A DNA stretch of 62,939 nucleotides, counting the filler, from Collodictyon triciliatum (taxonomy: Eukaryota), in assembly GCA_043381765.1 (NCBI GenBank). It is 4 parts of 4 records of this genome, joined end to end, with 100 filler letters (N's around TTAATTAATTAA, not from the genome) between each part and the next. Parts side by side here need not be neighbours in the genome. Positions count along the whole stretch, not along the records: positions 54,146 to 62,939 come from JBHJMP010001350.1; 3 more parts are not named here. One strand, given 5' to 3'. Every line of letters begins with the position of its first letter. The stretch's first letter is position 1. The translations under genes were made by a program, and so were the position numbers. This document shows positions 62,101-62,939 of this stretch, in pieces. The notes below the pieces were generated by a model that saw nothing but the letters and a program-made list of their open reading frames with translations, was not told the origin of the DNA and ran no database searches.

Positions 62101-62811
62101 TAATACGTAGATATCTTACTATGTCGACTACAATGCATATTTCAATCAGTATTACCAAACGAAAAGCAAATATAATATTACCTACATTGCCATGGTGACA
62201 GATTATGTGAGTCTAAATACAATACAACCACGATATGAATACGTAATAGACGAGTAATTGGGTTTATATTTGACAGATCACGGAACTTCTTGAAGATGAT
62301 GAGTTGTTCGATATACCTGAAGTCGAAGTCTCTGGTAACATATTCTTTTAGCCCTTTTTTTTTCCATACTAATTGCTACTTTCCAATCTACTGTGTATGT
62401 TTATGTATTAGATTCATACTGACTCTAACGTGTGCAAAACTGCAGACCTCGGTTTCCAAGAAGAATTAATTGATCAGAGCTTAGACCAAGTAAATGCCAT
62501 AACAATGGCCTGCTGCGATTTATACTATGACTCAAGCAACATAACAGAGCTCGATGTACTTTTTACATTCATATTTTTCAAGTCCTATTCGGTCATGATT
62601 TCTAACCTAATATTATAATCAATTACATTTAATGTAAAAAAAAGCAATAAAATACAAATTAATATTTGTGCTGCATGAATTCATTTCCTAGCCCAATTCT
62701 CTTGATGAATTAAACGAAGATGAAAAAATGGAACTAGTAAGATATAAACAGACTACAATATATCTGATACACATGAACAGTTCACTCTACGAATATACAG
62801 TGGAACTAAAC
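59154..62811 (+). CDS. Tweety/prominin-like multi-pass membrane protein (partial at both ends)
   Basis: TM1 IILLGVPGLAFAVFFIIYGVTIGL followed by a Cys-rich loop (KCC); TM2; long helical ectodomain; two more TMs ending LPAGVAATDYCDE; second ectodomain. Family call rests on topology and the DxC motif only. Confidence 0.55.
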
Positions 62812-62939
62812 GTAAGTTAGCCAACTACTCAAATATTTTTCAACTGACTCCACCTATCCACATGCGCATTTCGTCTCTGTTGAATCTTAATTATGATGTA
62901 AAATACTGAATGGCATCTATTATTTCACATCATTTTTTT

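Overview
Intron-rich, microsatellite-rich eukaryotic nuclear DNA in the standard genetic code (TAA, TAG and TGA all end genes). The window is four separate contigs joined by artificial 100-nt N44-TTAATTAATTAA-N44 linkers (19005, 38118, 54046), plus one scaffold gap (58103-58739). Genes reconstructed by hand-splicing: ASCC2/Cue3, RPS14, a PP7-like PPP phosphatase, a secreted LRR protein, an Mn-motif (SAXO-like) protein, a P4-ATPase flippase, Acl4-like TPR chaperone, Tubby-like protein, UEV/Mms2, FYVE protein, alpha/beta hydrolase, Hsp110, sterol C24-methyltransferase, a villin-headpiece protein, a CocE/NonD hydrolase and a tweety/prominin-like membrane protein. The set suggests a flagellated, sterol-alkylating protist (inference). 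Most notable: (1) about 10 dispersed copies of a tiny A-tailed element (core TTGAATCGAATAAAG), several only 24-53 nt long and flanked by 12-16 nt target-site duplications, with a probable longer parent fragment at the window start; (2) two U12-type AT-AC introns in neighbouring head-to-head genes; (3) an LRR gene with at least 15 consecutive 69-nt, phase-1, one-repeat-per-exon cassettes. All splice models are by eye and lack transcript evidence.
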